Below are positions 38,644 through 48,307 of a DNA stretch of 64,000 bases, piece by piece. Each line of letters begins with the position of its first letter. Position 1 is the first letter of the stretch. A program made the translations under genes and the position numbers. A model generated the notes under the pieces. It did not search any database and had not been told where the DNA came from. It worked only from the letters and a program-made list of their open reading frames with translations. Source of the stretch: Promethearchaeota archaeon (GTDB taxonomy: Archaea > Asgardarchaeota > Lokiarchaeia > Sigyniarchaeales > SOKP01); the NCBI GenBank assembly GCA_048938855.1, contig JBHLLT010000003.1, positions 1 through 64,000 of the forward strand, written 5' to 3'.

Positions 38644-39918
38644 TTATATTCTAAAAAAATAGAAAAAATAGAACAGAATTATGAATAAAATTAAAAATTC
38701 AATAGATATTTTAAGAGCTTTTTTGATTAAATAATTATAAGGCACTAACTTGTCATGAAACAAATCCAAATTCTTAAACAGATTCGAAACCTTGATAGTC
38801 CCTAAACCTTGAGTGTTTGCATTATCTTCCAAATCTATCCTTGATTTATTAAACAAATCCATTAGAATATCGTGAGTAATATTAGGGTCATATTCTTTAA
38901 TTAATGCAATTACTCCTACACCAGTGGCAGTAGCTACACTAGTACCTGAAACATTTAACCTTAAATCGTTTGTTATAGGGACAAGTATATTAGAACCAGG
39001 AAAACATAAGTCTGGTTTTTTTCTTTTGTCAAGAGTGGGGCCCCTTCCACTAAAATTTGAAATACTAAGCTCTTTATCGAAAGCCCCAATTGTAATTACT
39101 TTTTTTGCAGCACCCGGACTTCCAATACTATAGGAATTTGGGCCAAAATTTCCTGCGGGACAAACAACTATAATATTTTTATCTGATAACAAATCACAAG
39201 CTAAAGATAATAGATCTTTACCATCAGATGAGTTTTTTGTAGTTAAAGAAATGAAAATTATATCAAGATTAATTTGTTCTTCATAGATTTTATCAAATAC
39301 ACGTAAAATATCATTAAAGGAGTGTTCTCGATGAGAATTGGAAATATCAAAATCGTAAATTTTAACATTTGGAGCAATTCCAATATAATTACCATTAGAA
39401 TCCTCAAATCTATTACTGATTATGCTTGCCATTACTGTACCATGTGAAATTTCACCATTATCTCTTATAGTTTTTTCCACATCATACAATTTAAACTTTT
39501 TAAGAGACACTTCAGATAGTGCAGGTATTTTCTCATTAATTCCATCATCGATAATACCCACTTTCACGTTTTTTCCTGTATAGGAAATTTCAGAATTTTT
39601 ATATTCATCTAATTCCAAAATTTTATTAACATCTAACATTGCGGGATATACAATTTGATTTTCTTCAATTTGTTTTATTAATGCTTCACTTTCGTAATTA
39701 AAAATCTGTTTTTTCTTTAAATTAACCAAAATTGAGGGAATAAAATCAAATTTGCATATTATATCCAATCGGTTATATTTTTTTATGAACTTATCTCGGT
39801 TTGAGAGATCATCAAATGAAACTAAAACACTAAGAATTTGATCTTCTGAAAGAATTTCAAGTTTATCCTTAAAAGGGGGATAGACATTCATAATACTTGT
39901 AAGATTAGAACTTATCAA
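38644..39918 (-). CDS. Subtilisin-like S8 serine protease with C-terminal TM helix
   Basis: Prodomain, then IIDDG (Asp), SHGT (His), AGN (oxyanion Asn), SGTS (Ser), FSGRGPT; C-terminal hydrophobic tail. Confidence 0.85.
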   Translation of the reverse strand: MISSNLTSIMNVYPPFKDKLEILSEDQILSVLVSFDDLSNRDKFIKKYNRLDIICKFDFIPSILVNLKKKQIFNYESEALIKQIEENQIVYPAMLDVNKILELDEYKNSEISYTGKNVKVGIIDDGINEKIPALSEVSLKKFKLYDVEKTIRDNGEISHGTVMASIISNRFEDSNGNYIGIAPNVKIYDFDISNSHREHSFNDILRVFDKIYEEQINLDIIFISLTTKNSSDGKDLLSLACDLLSDKNIIVVCPAGNFGPNSYSIGSPGAAKKVITIGAFDKELSISNFSGRGPTLDKRKKPDLCFPGSNILVPITNDLRLNVSGTSVATATGVGVIALIKEYDPNITHDILMDLFNKSRIDLEDNANTQGLGTIKVSNLFKNLDLFHDKLVPYNYLIKKALKISIEFLILFIILFYFFYFFRI

Positions 39919-39969
39919 TATAAATGAGACTAACCATTTAAAATTATAGGAATGAAGAGCATTTTATCC

Positions 39970-41541
39970 TTACCATGGTCTTTTTATATATGAATTCCGC
40001 GCTAATTCTAATTTATATGGGTGATTTTCATTAAAGTGAGTTCCTCTGCTTTCCTTTCGAGAAAGTGCGCATCTAATTAAAAGCTCTGCGACCATGGATA
40101 AATTTCTTAATTCTACTAAATTTTTTTCAACTTTATAATTCCAATAGTAATAATCAATTTCTTCTGAAAATATCGCCATCCTTTTGAGTGCTCTTTTCAA
40201 TCGTTCATCAGATCTTACAATTCCTACAAAATTTTGCATTAACATTCGAATTTCATCCCAATTCTGTGTTATTATTACAGCTTCTTGAGAGGGAATAGCA
40301 TCGCCAGATTCCCATTCAGGGAATTCTTTGACTTTTAAATCAGATGTGTGATCCGAAAGATAACCTGCACACTCATAAGCAGTAACTAATCCTTCGAGAA
40401 GTGAATTAGAAGCGAGTCTGTTGCTTCCATGTAAACCTGTGCATGCAGCTTCTCCAATAACAAATAGATTTTTTATATCTGTCCTGCCATCAACTTTTGC
40501 TACCACTCCACCACAACAATAGTGAGCAGCAGGAACAACTGGAATTGGTTCTTTTGTAATATCGATATTAAATTCTAAGCATTTTTCATATATTGCAGGA
40601 TAATGAGTTTTAATAAATGTAGAATCTCTATAAGATGCAATATCCAAAAATACATGATCATTACCAGATTTTTTCAATTCCGCATCAATAGCACGTGAAA
40701 CAATATCACGAGGAGCTAAATCTTTTTGAGGGTGATATTTTTTCATAAATTCATTTCCTCTAATATCCTTCAAAATAGCTCCTTCTCCCCTCATTGCTTC
40801 AGTAATCAAGAAGGATTTTGCATATGGATGATATAAACACGTAGGATGAAACTGATAAAACTCAAGATTAGATATCATAGCTCCCGCCCTATAAGCCATT
40901 GCAATACCATCACCTGAAATTATGTCTGGATTTGTAGTATATAAGTATATCTTACCTGCACCCCCTGTAGCTAATATAGTCGCTTTTGCAGCAATATTAT
41001 ATATTTCTTCTGTTTCTTCGTCTAAAATATGTGCACCATGACACTTTAGGTCTTTAACATATAAATTTACAGCACACCAATTTTCTTTGATTTCAATATT
41101 ATCCAATTTTTTTACATTTTCAACAAGTATTTCTTCCACACTCTTTCCAGTTTGGTCATTTACACGAAAAATTCTTCTAACTGAGTGACCACCCTCTTTT
41201 CCTAAATCATATTCCCCATCATCATTGCGATTAAAATTTACTCCTAATTCTATCAGATCAGTAATTCTGTCAGGTGCTTGTTGGATTATATGCCTTACTA
41301 CATTTTCATTACACAGTCCATCTCCCGCAATTATAGTATCTTGAATATGTTTCTCAAAATTATCTCCATTATTCCATACACATGCTATACCACCCTGAGC
41401 ATGATAGGTACTACTTTCTTGCAAAGTTCGTTTAGTTATTAGGAAAATATTTGCTTTTGGCATTAATTTTGATAGGTATAAAGCAAATGAAAGCCCAGAA
41501 ATTCCACTTCCAATAACTAAAAAATCAGTTTTATACATCAA
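39970..41541 (-). CDS. nadB: L-aspartate oxidase
   Basis: GSGISG, AQGGIA, EGGHS.RRI, QFHPT, LITEA.RGEG, LAPRDIV.RAI, HYCCGG, GLHG.NRLASNSLLE, RKESRG.H. Confidence 0.95.
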   Translation of the reverse strand: MMYKTDFLVIGSGISGLSFALYLSKLMPKANIFLITKRTLQESSTYHAQGGIACVWNNGDNFEKHIQDTIIAGDGLCNENVVRHIIQQAPDRITDLIELGVNFNRNDDGEYDLGKEGGHSVRRIFRVNDQTGKSVEEILVENVKKLDNIEIKENWCAVNLYVKDLKCHGAHILDEETEEIYNIAAKATILATGGAGKIYLYTTNPDIISGDGIAMAYRAGAMISNLEFYQFHPTCLYHPYAKSFLITEAMRGEGAILKDIRGNEFMKKYHPQKDLAPRDIVSRAIDAELKKSGNDHVFLDIASYRDSTFIKTHYPAIYEKCLEFNIDITKEPIPVVPAAHYCCGGVVAKVDGRTDIKNLFVIGEAACTGLHGSNRLASNSLLEGLVTAYECAGYLSDHTSDLKVKEFPEWESGDAIPSQEAVIITQNWDEIRMLMQNFVGIVRSDERLKRALKRMAIFSEEIDYYYWNYKVEKNLVELRNLSMVAELLIRCALSRKESRGTHFNENHPYKLELARNSYIKRPW

Positions 41542-41805
41542 TAGAATTTATTCAAATTCTCCCATTAATAATTGAAATCTATCTTAAAATAAAATCAATT
41601 AAATTAAAATTTTATTACATAAAATTATAGATTTCCTATTGAAAACAAAGATTCAATATCCTCTTTATAAGCTTTGAAAAATTATTTCATCAGTCATAGT
41701 TTATTACCTAACGTGCTAGAATCTTTTAGTTTTCTGTTATGTTTAATCAAAATTTATTTTTTGTAGAGAATATTTCAATTGATTAAGGAACAAGGAGAAT
41801 ATAAA

Positions 41806-42312
41806 ATGTCTAAAATAAAGAGAGTTCTTTTTTTATGTGCGGGAAATACTTGTAGAAGTCCTTTTGCAGAAGCTTATGCAAATTGGTTAAAAAACACAAG
41901 ATTCAAAGATGAATTAAAATCTGTAGAATTCGATTCAGCAGGTATTTATCATTACTATGAAACAGCTCAACCGGGAACTGTTTATTACTTAAAATCTAAG
42001 GGTATTGAGTTCTCAGATTTTAAGACAAAAAGGATAGATGAGAAGATTCTGGAAAAGCAGGATCTTATATTAGGATTTGAACAAAAACATCATATTGATA
42101 AAATAAAGAGAAAGTTCAAAAATCTTAAAGATTTAGATAAAAAAGTATTTTTACTACTAGATTATGCTGGAGAAAAACAAAATATAGAAATTAAAGATCC
42201 ATTTGATTTACCACAAGAAGAATATAATAAAGTTCTTGAAAGAATTGAAAGAGGAGTATTAAAAACTATTCAGAAGATTATTAAATATAACAAGTTAGGA
42301 AAAATTTATTAA
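41806..42312 (+). CDS. Low-molecular-weight protein phosphatase (LMW-PTP; YwlE-type P-loop)
   Basis: CAGNTCRS P-loop, DSAG, IKDPF general acid. Start placed at ATG 41806 after a GGAGA RBS. Confidence 0.9.
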   Translation: MSKIKRVLFLCAGNTCRSPFAEAYANWLKNTRFKDELKSVEFDSAGIYHYYETAQPGTVYYLKSKGIEFSDFKTKRIDEKILEKQDLILGFEQKHHIDKIKRKFKNLKDLDKKVFLLLDYAGEKQNIEIKDPFDLPQEEYNKVLERIERGVLKTIQKIIKYNKLGKIY

Positions 42313-42334
42313 ATAATTCTTTAATTGATTAAAC

Positions 42335-42820
42335 GTGGATAAAATTAAGCGAGTTCTCTTTGTATGCCTAGGAAATACTGCAAGATCTCCAGTTGCAGAA
42401 TACCTAGCTCGATATTATGCTAAAGAAATGGGTGTTGATCTACTTTTTGACTCATGTGGATTTATTAATGCTTTTGATTATATCCAAGCAGAATCTCGTG
42501 AATATTTAGACAAGAAGGGAATAAAACATAGAGACTTTGTTCCAAAAATTATTAGTCGCAGGTTATTAGAAAATCAGGACTTAATACTCACCATGGAGAG
42601 AAAACATTCTAATGAGATAAAAAACAATTTTAGGAATGTCAAAAATATTCAGAAAAAAACATTTACATTAAAAGAATTTAACGGAGAATCTCAGAACATT
42701 GATATTGTTGATCCTTATTACACTTCTGATGAAACTTATAGAGAAGTTCTTAAAATTATTGATGCTCAGGTTGAGAAAGCTATCAAGAAAATTATTAGTA
42801 TGAATAAGTCATTAGAATAA
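42335..42820 (+). CDS. Low-molecular-weight protein phosphatase paralogue
   Basis: CLGNTARS P-loop, DLILTME, IVDPY. Confidence 0.9.
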   Translation: MDKIKRVLFVCLGNTARSPVAEYLARYYAKEMGVDLLFDSCGFINAFDYIQAESREYLDKKGIKHRDFVPKIISRRLLENQDLILTMERKHSNEIKNNFRNVKNIQKKTFTLKEFNGESQNIDIVDPYYTSDETYREVLKIIDAQVEKAIKKIISMNKSLE

Positions 42821-42969
42821 AAATTGTAGAACTAATTTCAATGTTTTAGATAAAAATTTAATTTGGTGGAATCTAATTTGAAATTAAGTTTTAAATAGTT
42901 CTAAAGCAATAATTATTTAAAAGGATCTATATATTTTTAGATTGTTTTACGGTATTTAGGGGATAAAAA

Positions 42970-43497
42970 GTGGAAGAGTATATAAAGGAGATAAATGAAA
43001 GAATTCAAAATCCGATTGAGAATATAAATTCAATTAAAGGGTTTGAAATCATTTCTGAATCATTAGTTTATAAAGTATATGATCTCTTTGGTCGCAATAG
43101 TTTACTTTCCATTTTATATCAAATTGGTGTTTTTCCCGGGACTCAAATTGCGGAGAGACTAAAACGTGAATACAATAGAGAAGAATTTGAAATAATGGAA
43201 GCATTAGTTATTTTAATGGAGGAATTAAAAGATTATTATTCTATCCAAATAAAAGATATTCAACAATCTGAAGATAAAGTAAAAATAATAATTGAAAATC
43301 ATTGTTTCTTACGTACACCAATCAGTCATCGAGAGAAATTGAATTATGGAAAATCTTTTTGTAGGACTAATAAGGGATACTTCGAAACAGCATTTAAGAT
43401 ATTATTAGGAAATAAAATAAAAAAGATTGAAATAAATTTTCTTAATAATGATGCTGAGAAAGATGTGTGTGTGGAGGAACTAATTTTTTATAAATAA
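42970..43497 (+). CDS. V4R/MetOD1-like domain protein (TRAPP-Bet3/H-NOX-like fold)
   Basis: LYQIG..PG..IA helix, then ENHCFL...FC...KGYF...C conserved Cys triad. Confidence 0.65.
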   Translation: MEEYIKEINERIQNPIENINSIKGFEIISESLVYKVYDLFGRNSLLSILYQIGVFPGTQIAERLKREYNREEFEIMEALVILMEELKDYYSIQIKDIQQSEDKVKIIIENHCFLRTPISHREKLNYGKSFCRTNKGYFETAFKILLGNKIKKIEINFLNNDAEKDVCVEELIFYK

Positions 43498-43597
43498 TTC
43501 ATTCTCAATTTTTTGAAAAAAAAATTATAATTGATGTTAAATTTAACATAGCAAATATATAATTTCAAAAAAAATTTTAAGAGGATGAAATATAAAA

Positions 43598-44785
43598 ATG
43601 GCAGATATTAAAAATATTGTAACATTAGGTGTAGGTCTTATGGGTCAGGGAATCGCCCAGGTTGCTCTTATGGCAGGATATAATGTTACACTAGTAGATA
43701 TCAACGATGAATTGGTTAATAAAGCTTTCTCAAGTATAGAAGGTGGTGTTAAAAAATCTGAGGAGAAAGGAAAATTGGGAGAAGGCGTTACTACCACAGA
43801 TGTAATGGGAAGATGTAAAAAATCAACAGATCTAGCATCAGCCGTAAAGGATACTGATATGGTTATCGAAGCTGTTATTGAAAAAATGGATGTTAAAAAA
43901 CAAGTATGCAAAATTGTAATGGATAATGGTCCTTCACATATTATTTTTGCTTCAAATACATCTACTATGAGTATCACTGAAATTGGAAAAGATAGTAGCG
44001 CTCCGGATAGAGTCTGTGGAATGCATTTTTTTAATCCCGTCCCACTAATGCGATTAATTGAAGTAATTAGAGGTAAAGATACTTCAGATGAAACCTTTAA
44101 TGCAACAATGGATTTTGCAGGCAAATTACCATGTTTAAGGGGTCAAAGATATATTGCTCCAGTATTAAAAGATGGACCAGGTTTTATTGTGAATCGTTTG
44201 AATGCTCCTGTGTTAATATATTTGCATTGGGTTTTTGATGAAGCAAAAAGACAAGGTATTCCATGGGAACGTTTAGATGCTGATGCAGGTGGTAAAATGC
44301 CAATGCCACCCTGCGTGCTAACAGATTTTACGGGCATTGACACAAATTACCATATTATGAATTATTATAAAGAAACACTTTCTCCTGATTTTGAGTGTGG
44401 TAAAGCTATAAAAGAATTATATGAAAAAGGAGATTTCGGTCCAAAAACAGGAAAAGGTTTTTATGATTGGAGTCAAGGAAGAGCCGCACTTATGGAAAAG
44501 ATTAATAAAGCTGAACCAGCAGGTCTATTCAATTTAAATACTGTATTTGCAATAATGTTGAATGAAGGGTGCCGTATCTTAGATGAAGGTATTGCAAGTG
44601 GATTCAAGATTATTGATGATGCAAACATGGCAGGTATGAATGCACCAGGCCCTTTTGGTGCTGGAAAGAAGAATTATGAAAGCTGGTCCAAGATTTTGGC
44701 TGATTTAGCTGATAAAACGGGTAAAGAATATTTCCGACCTATTGAATTGATGAAATCTGGTGGATTTGTTAGTATGAGAAAGTAA
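43598..44785 (+). CDS. 3-hydroxyacyl-CoA dehydrogenase (duplicated C-terminal domain)
   Basis: G.GLMGQGIA, EAVIE, ASNTST, GMHFFNPV..M.LIEV, PGFIVNR, G.KTGKGFY. Confidence 0.95.
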   Translation: MADIKNIVTLGVGLMGQGIAQVALMAGYNVTLVDINDELVNKAFSSIEGGVKKSEEKGKLGEGVTTTDVMGRCKKSTDLASAVKDTDMVIEAVIEKMDVKKQVCKIVMDNGPSHIIFASNTSTMSITEIGKDSSAPDRVCGMHFFNPVPLMRLIEVIRGKDTSDETFNATMDFAGKLPCLRGQRYIAPVLKDGPGFIVNRLNAPVLIYLHWVFDEAKRQGIPWERLDADAGGKMPMPPCVLTDFTGIDTNYHIMNYYKETLSPDFECGKAIKELYEKGDFGPKTGKGFYDWSQGRAALMEKINKAEPAGLFNLNTVFAIMLNEGCRILDEGIASGFKIIDDANMAGMNAPGPFGAGKKNYESWSKILADLADKTGKEYFRPIELMKSGGFVSMRK

Positions 44786-44834
44786 ATACCAAATATTTAT
44801 TTTTTTTTTAAACAATTAAAAAGAGGTAAGAGTA

Positions 44835-45788
44835 ATGTCAGAACAAAAATTTGAATATTTAAAAATTGAATGGCCAACAGCTGTAGATGAGAGTGGAAAC
44901 GTCATCAGAGAAGGTACAATTGATGGAAATTATGCTGTGATTTCGATAAATCGTCCTGATAAATTAAATGCCTTAACTGATGATGTAGTTGCTGAAATTG
45001 CTCAAGCACTAAGATTAATGGAATGGGATGGGTCAATAAGAGCGGTTGTCCTCCGAGGAACAAAAGAGGTGACAAAGAAAGCTTCTTTTTCTGTTGGTGC
45101 TGATTTAGCAGCAATGTTTAATAAAAGGTTAAAACCTAACATCCCTATGCACATGAGTCAAGCGATGAGAATAAGACATCGAGATTATGACGAAATGGAA
45201 CAATTTACAAAACCATTAATAGCTGCAGTGGATGGTTTTGCTTTAGGCGGAGGTTGTGAATTAACACTATGCTGTGATATTGTTATCGCCAGTGATCGAT
45301 CAGTATTTGGGCTTCCAGAGATTAACAGAGGAATCTTTCCGGCTAATGGTGGAATCACAAGAATGGCAGCTAGAATTGGCCTTAATAGAGCATTACGAAT
45401 GGCTATGTTCGGAGAGCATATTGATGCGAAAACCATGCTAGATTGGGGATATGTATCTTGGATGGCCCCTGCTGGTGATGAGTTCGAGAAATTAGTTCAT
45501 GAAAAGGCAAAGTGGTTAGGAGATGCAGCAACAACATCATTATTCATTATTAAAAAATGTGTGAAATTTGGAACTCGATATCCTCAATTAGGGTTAATGA
45601 TGGAACAATTAGGTTTTGGAATTACCTTTGGAGGAAGTACTGATGCAAAAGAGGGAATAATAGCATTTAATCGGAAAATTAAATGCCCTGTATGTGGCGG
45701 TAAAGGCAAAATGGAAGATGGAAGTACTTGTCAAAATTGTGGTGGCAGAAGAAAAATAAAGGATACACCACATTTTAAAGGTATTTAA
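44835..45788 (+). CDS. Enoyl-CoA hydratase with an inserted C-terminal DnaJ-type zinc finger
   Basis: NRPDKLNAL, FSVGADL, GGGCEL, GLPE, P.NGG motifs; CPVCGGKG...CQNCGGR inserted before PHFKG. Confidence 0.9.
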   Translation: MSEQKFEYLKIEWPTAVDESGNVIREGTIDGNYAVISINRPDKLNALTDDVVAEIAQALRLMEWDGSIRAVVLRGTKEVTKKASFSVGADLAAMFNKRLKPNIPMHMSQAMRIRHRDYDEMEQFTKPLIAAVDGFALGGGCELTLCCDIVIASDRSVFGLPEINRGIFPANGGITRMAARIGLNRALRMAMFGEHIDAKTMLDWGYVSWMAPAGDEFEKLVHEKAKWLGDAATTSLFIIKKCVKFGTRYPQLGLMMEQLGFGITFGGSTDAKEGIIAFNRKIKCPVCGGKGKMEDGSTCQNCGGRRKIKDTPHFKGI

Positions 45789-45896
45789 CCAAATTTTAAA
45801 CATCTTTTTTATTTTTTTAATTATTATATTATTCGATTTTCTTTGTTATAATTATAAATAACATATGGAAAAAATCTTAACAGCTATTAATTACCC

Positions 45897-46445
45897 ATGA
45901 ACCAAAAATCTCAGATTATTGAAGAAATAAATGATGGAAATCTCTACTTAAGAAAAATATCTAAAGAAGATATAGAATTTGTTTTTGATAGTCTAAATAA
46001 TAAAGAATTAATCACGTATTTAGCATTAGGACCATTGGAGACCTATGAACATTCAAAACGACTAATTAAAGGGTATTTGAGATACTGGAATAGTAATTTA
46101 CAATATAACTATATCATTGAGCTTCATGAGGGTGTTAAAATTAAAATTGGTTCGATTAGTCTTTGGAATGTAAATTGGCAACATCAAAGAGCTCAAATTG
46201 GCATATGGTTAATCCCTTCTTTTTGGAATAAAGGACTAGGAGAGAAATCTCTTATTTTGTTAAAGAATATAGCATTTAATCATCTAAAAATTAACAGACT
46301 TGAAGCTTATATTGCTGTAGAAAATACGAAATCAATATTTCTATTTAAAAAATGCGGATTCATCCAAGAAGGAAGATTAAGGGAATATTTAAGATTTCAT
46401 GGAAGCTTTCATGATGCTCTGATAATGACCTGCTTAAAAAAATAG
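45897..46445 (+). CDS. RimJ/RimL-type GNAT N-acetyltransferase
   Basis: IG.WL.P.FWNKG.G, EN..SI.LF.KCGF..EG.LR motifs. Confidence 0.9.
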   Translation: MNQKSQIIEEINDGNLYLRKISKEDIEFVFDSLNNKELITYLALGPLETYEHSKRLIKGYLRYWNSNLQYNYIIELHEGVKIKIGSISLWNVNWQHQRAQIGIWLIPSFWNKGLGEKSLILLKNIAFNHLKINRLEAYIAVENTKSIFLFKKCGFIQEGRLREYLRFHGSFHDALIMTCLKK

Positions 46446-46455
46446 AATAAATATT

Positions 46456-48240
46456 TTAAGAATTACCTGGTTTGGTTTCTTCTCCTATAGTATCTTTAAC
46501 TATCTCATCTAATTCTTCCTTTTTCTCCAAAGACTTAGTAATTAATTCTTCAGAATCAATTTGTTTTTCCATAACTTTATCCGAAGGTTGCTCAATAGCT
46601 CCTTTACCAGCTAAGATAGATTTATTAGTTTCACTTGGCTTAATTTTTAAAAATTTAGAAGATGCTCCTAGTCCATGTATATAAGCCATACCAAAAGCAA
46701 CATCTCTCGGCATAATAGCGATATCTGGCTCTTGGCTTTTTCTTAAAGTTCTTCTATACTTCATCACTTTTCGAACAGGTCTAGGGTACTTTAAAACTCT
46801 TTGATATGCAATAAAATAACCACCAAGACTTACGGCAGCCACGCTAGCAAATACTAATAGCGCAGCAAATACCCAAGGTTCAGTAAAAAAGTCATGAAAT
46901 ATTTCAATATATGAAATATATAAATACACATCATCTATCGAAATCGTAATGTTTTGAGGATTTCCAAACACATCAGCCATATAGACTTGGATTGAAAGTG
47001 TAATATTAATATCTTTTAAAATTAAAGCTGTAACATCAAATCCTCCTTCTTTTGCGATTTGGAAAGTCCCATTTGCTGTACTTAACTTAATTGTATGTCT
47101 CATTGAATTATTATTCAAAAGAACTCTAATTTCTGAATTTGGAGATGCATTCACTGGCCATGGCTGATCAATTTTATATTTGAAATTGACATTTGCATGT
47201 GTGACTTGAACATTTGTCCCTGATATTGCATTTCCTTCTTGTTCCCATGAAAATGCAGTATATTGATCGATTTTTTTTTCATAAGAAAAAGTTAGATTAA
47301 AAGATCTCATTATTAACATATTCCATGTATCGATGTCAACATTATACTCATTATCTTCGCAATAAATATCGATCCCCAGAGTAATTACAAAGTGAAAATT
47401 ATCCACTTGTAATATTGAGTTTAAATATGAAATAAGTAAGCTTTTTGGTACCGTATCGAGAAGAGTATCTGAGTAATTTGACACTTCTGGAGAGTCTTGA
47501 CCAAGATCAGTAGTTTGATTTTTTGCCAACAAAAATGAATTAGTATTATTAATATCAGACACTAATACATAAAAAGTAGCAAAATCTCCTATTCCAAATT
47601 GAGGTACACTTGGGGGATTACCTTCTGTATAATCACCAGGTCGTTCAATTCCTCCAATGTGAGGCTGTAAAGGATTAGATCCAACAGCGGTGACGGTAGC
47701 ATTAAATACTGACTTCAGCGAAGCATCAGTAATAATATAATCTGACATATTGACTGGCATCGTAAATGTTCTCTCCCAATGAATGCTTGGTGTATTTCGA
47801 GTTTGATCAATCCCTTCATTCCACTCATGACTGATATATAATCCCGCTGAAGAACTCCCATTTACATCAGGGGATATTGGAAAGTCTGGATTGTTATAAG
47901 GTTGCCAGTCGATATTATTTAAGGGATCATCAATTTGCATTATCTCAGCATCACCTATTACTTCATAATTTGCTTGACCTTGAGAAATGTTTCCAGATAC
48001 ATCTCTTGAATCGCCTTCAATTCTCGATTCCCAGGGTTGTCCTGCCCCGTCAAATGTAGGATTATCAATCCATGAATTATTCAAATGATACTCTACTCTT
48101 GAATTTCTCAGTTTCTCGTTTTGTATATTAAATTTATTGTTATTATTGATATTATTTGTGATAATCATGCTAGAAAACAATGGAACTAAAAGGAATATCA
48201 CTATTATAAGCAATCGCTCAATCTTATTTTTCCTCTTCAA
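46456..48240 (-). CDS. Membrane-anchored surface protein, paralogue 3 (one beta-sandwich module)
   Basis: Signal/TM, W.DNP.F...IDDV module, CEDN, SPNSEIR, TM, YQRVLKYPRPVRK tail. Confidence 0.85.
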   Translation of the reverse strand: MKRKNKIERLLIIVIFLLVPLFSSMIITNNINNNNKFNIQNEKLRNSRVEYHLNNSWIDNPTFDGAGQPWESRIEGDSRDVSGNISQGQANYEVIGDAEIMQIDDPLNNIDWQPYNNPDFPISPDVNGSSSAGLYISHEWNEGIDQTRNTPSIHWERTFTMPVNMSDYIITDASLKSVFNATVTAVGSNPLQPHIGGIERPGDYTEGNPPSVPQFGIGDFATFYVLVSDINNTNSFLLAKNQTTDLGQDSPEVSNYSDTLLDTVPKSLLISYLNSILQVDNFHFVITLGIDIYCEDNEYNVDIDTWNMLIMRSFNLTFSYEKKIDQYTAFSWEQEGNAISGTNVQVTHANVNFKYKIDQPWPVNASPNSEIRVLLNNNSMRHTIKLSTANGTFQIAKEGGFDVTALILKDINITLSIQVYMADVFGNPQNITISIDDVYLYISYIEIFHDFFTEPWVFAALLVFASVAAVSLGGYFIAYQRVLKYPRPVRKVMKYRRTLRKSQEPDIAIMPRDVAFGMAYIHGLGASSKFLKIKPSETNKSILAGKGAIEQPSDKVMEKQIDSEELITKSLEKKEELDEIVKDTIGEETKPGNS

Positions 48241-48307
48241 AATCTTATCATTCCTCTATTATTTTCTATATATTTCTACTACTCTCAGCTGTTGTTTCAT
48301 ATACATT

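Noticed and set aside
43645-44124. 159-aa antisense ORF in the 3-hydroxyacyl-CoA dehydrogenase gene
   Set aside because: Exact antisense-frame shadow of a conserved gene; Ser/Ile/Thr-rich composition typical of such artefacts.
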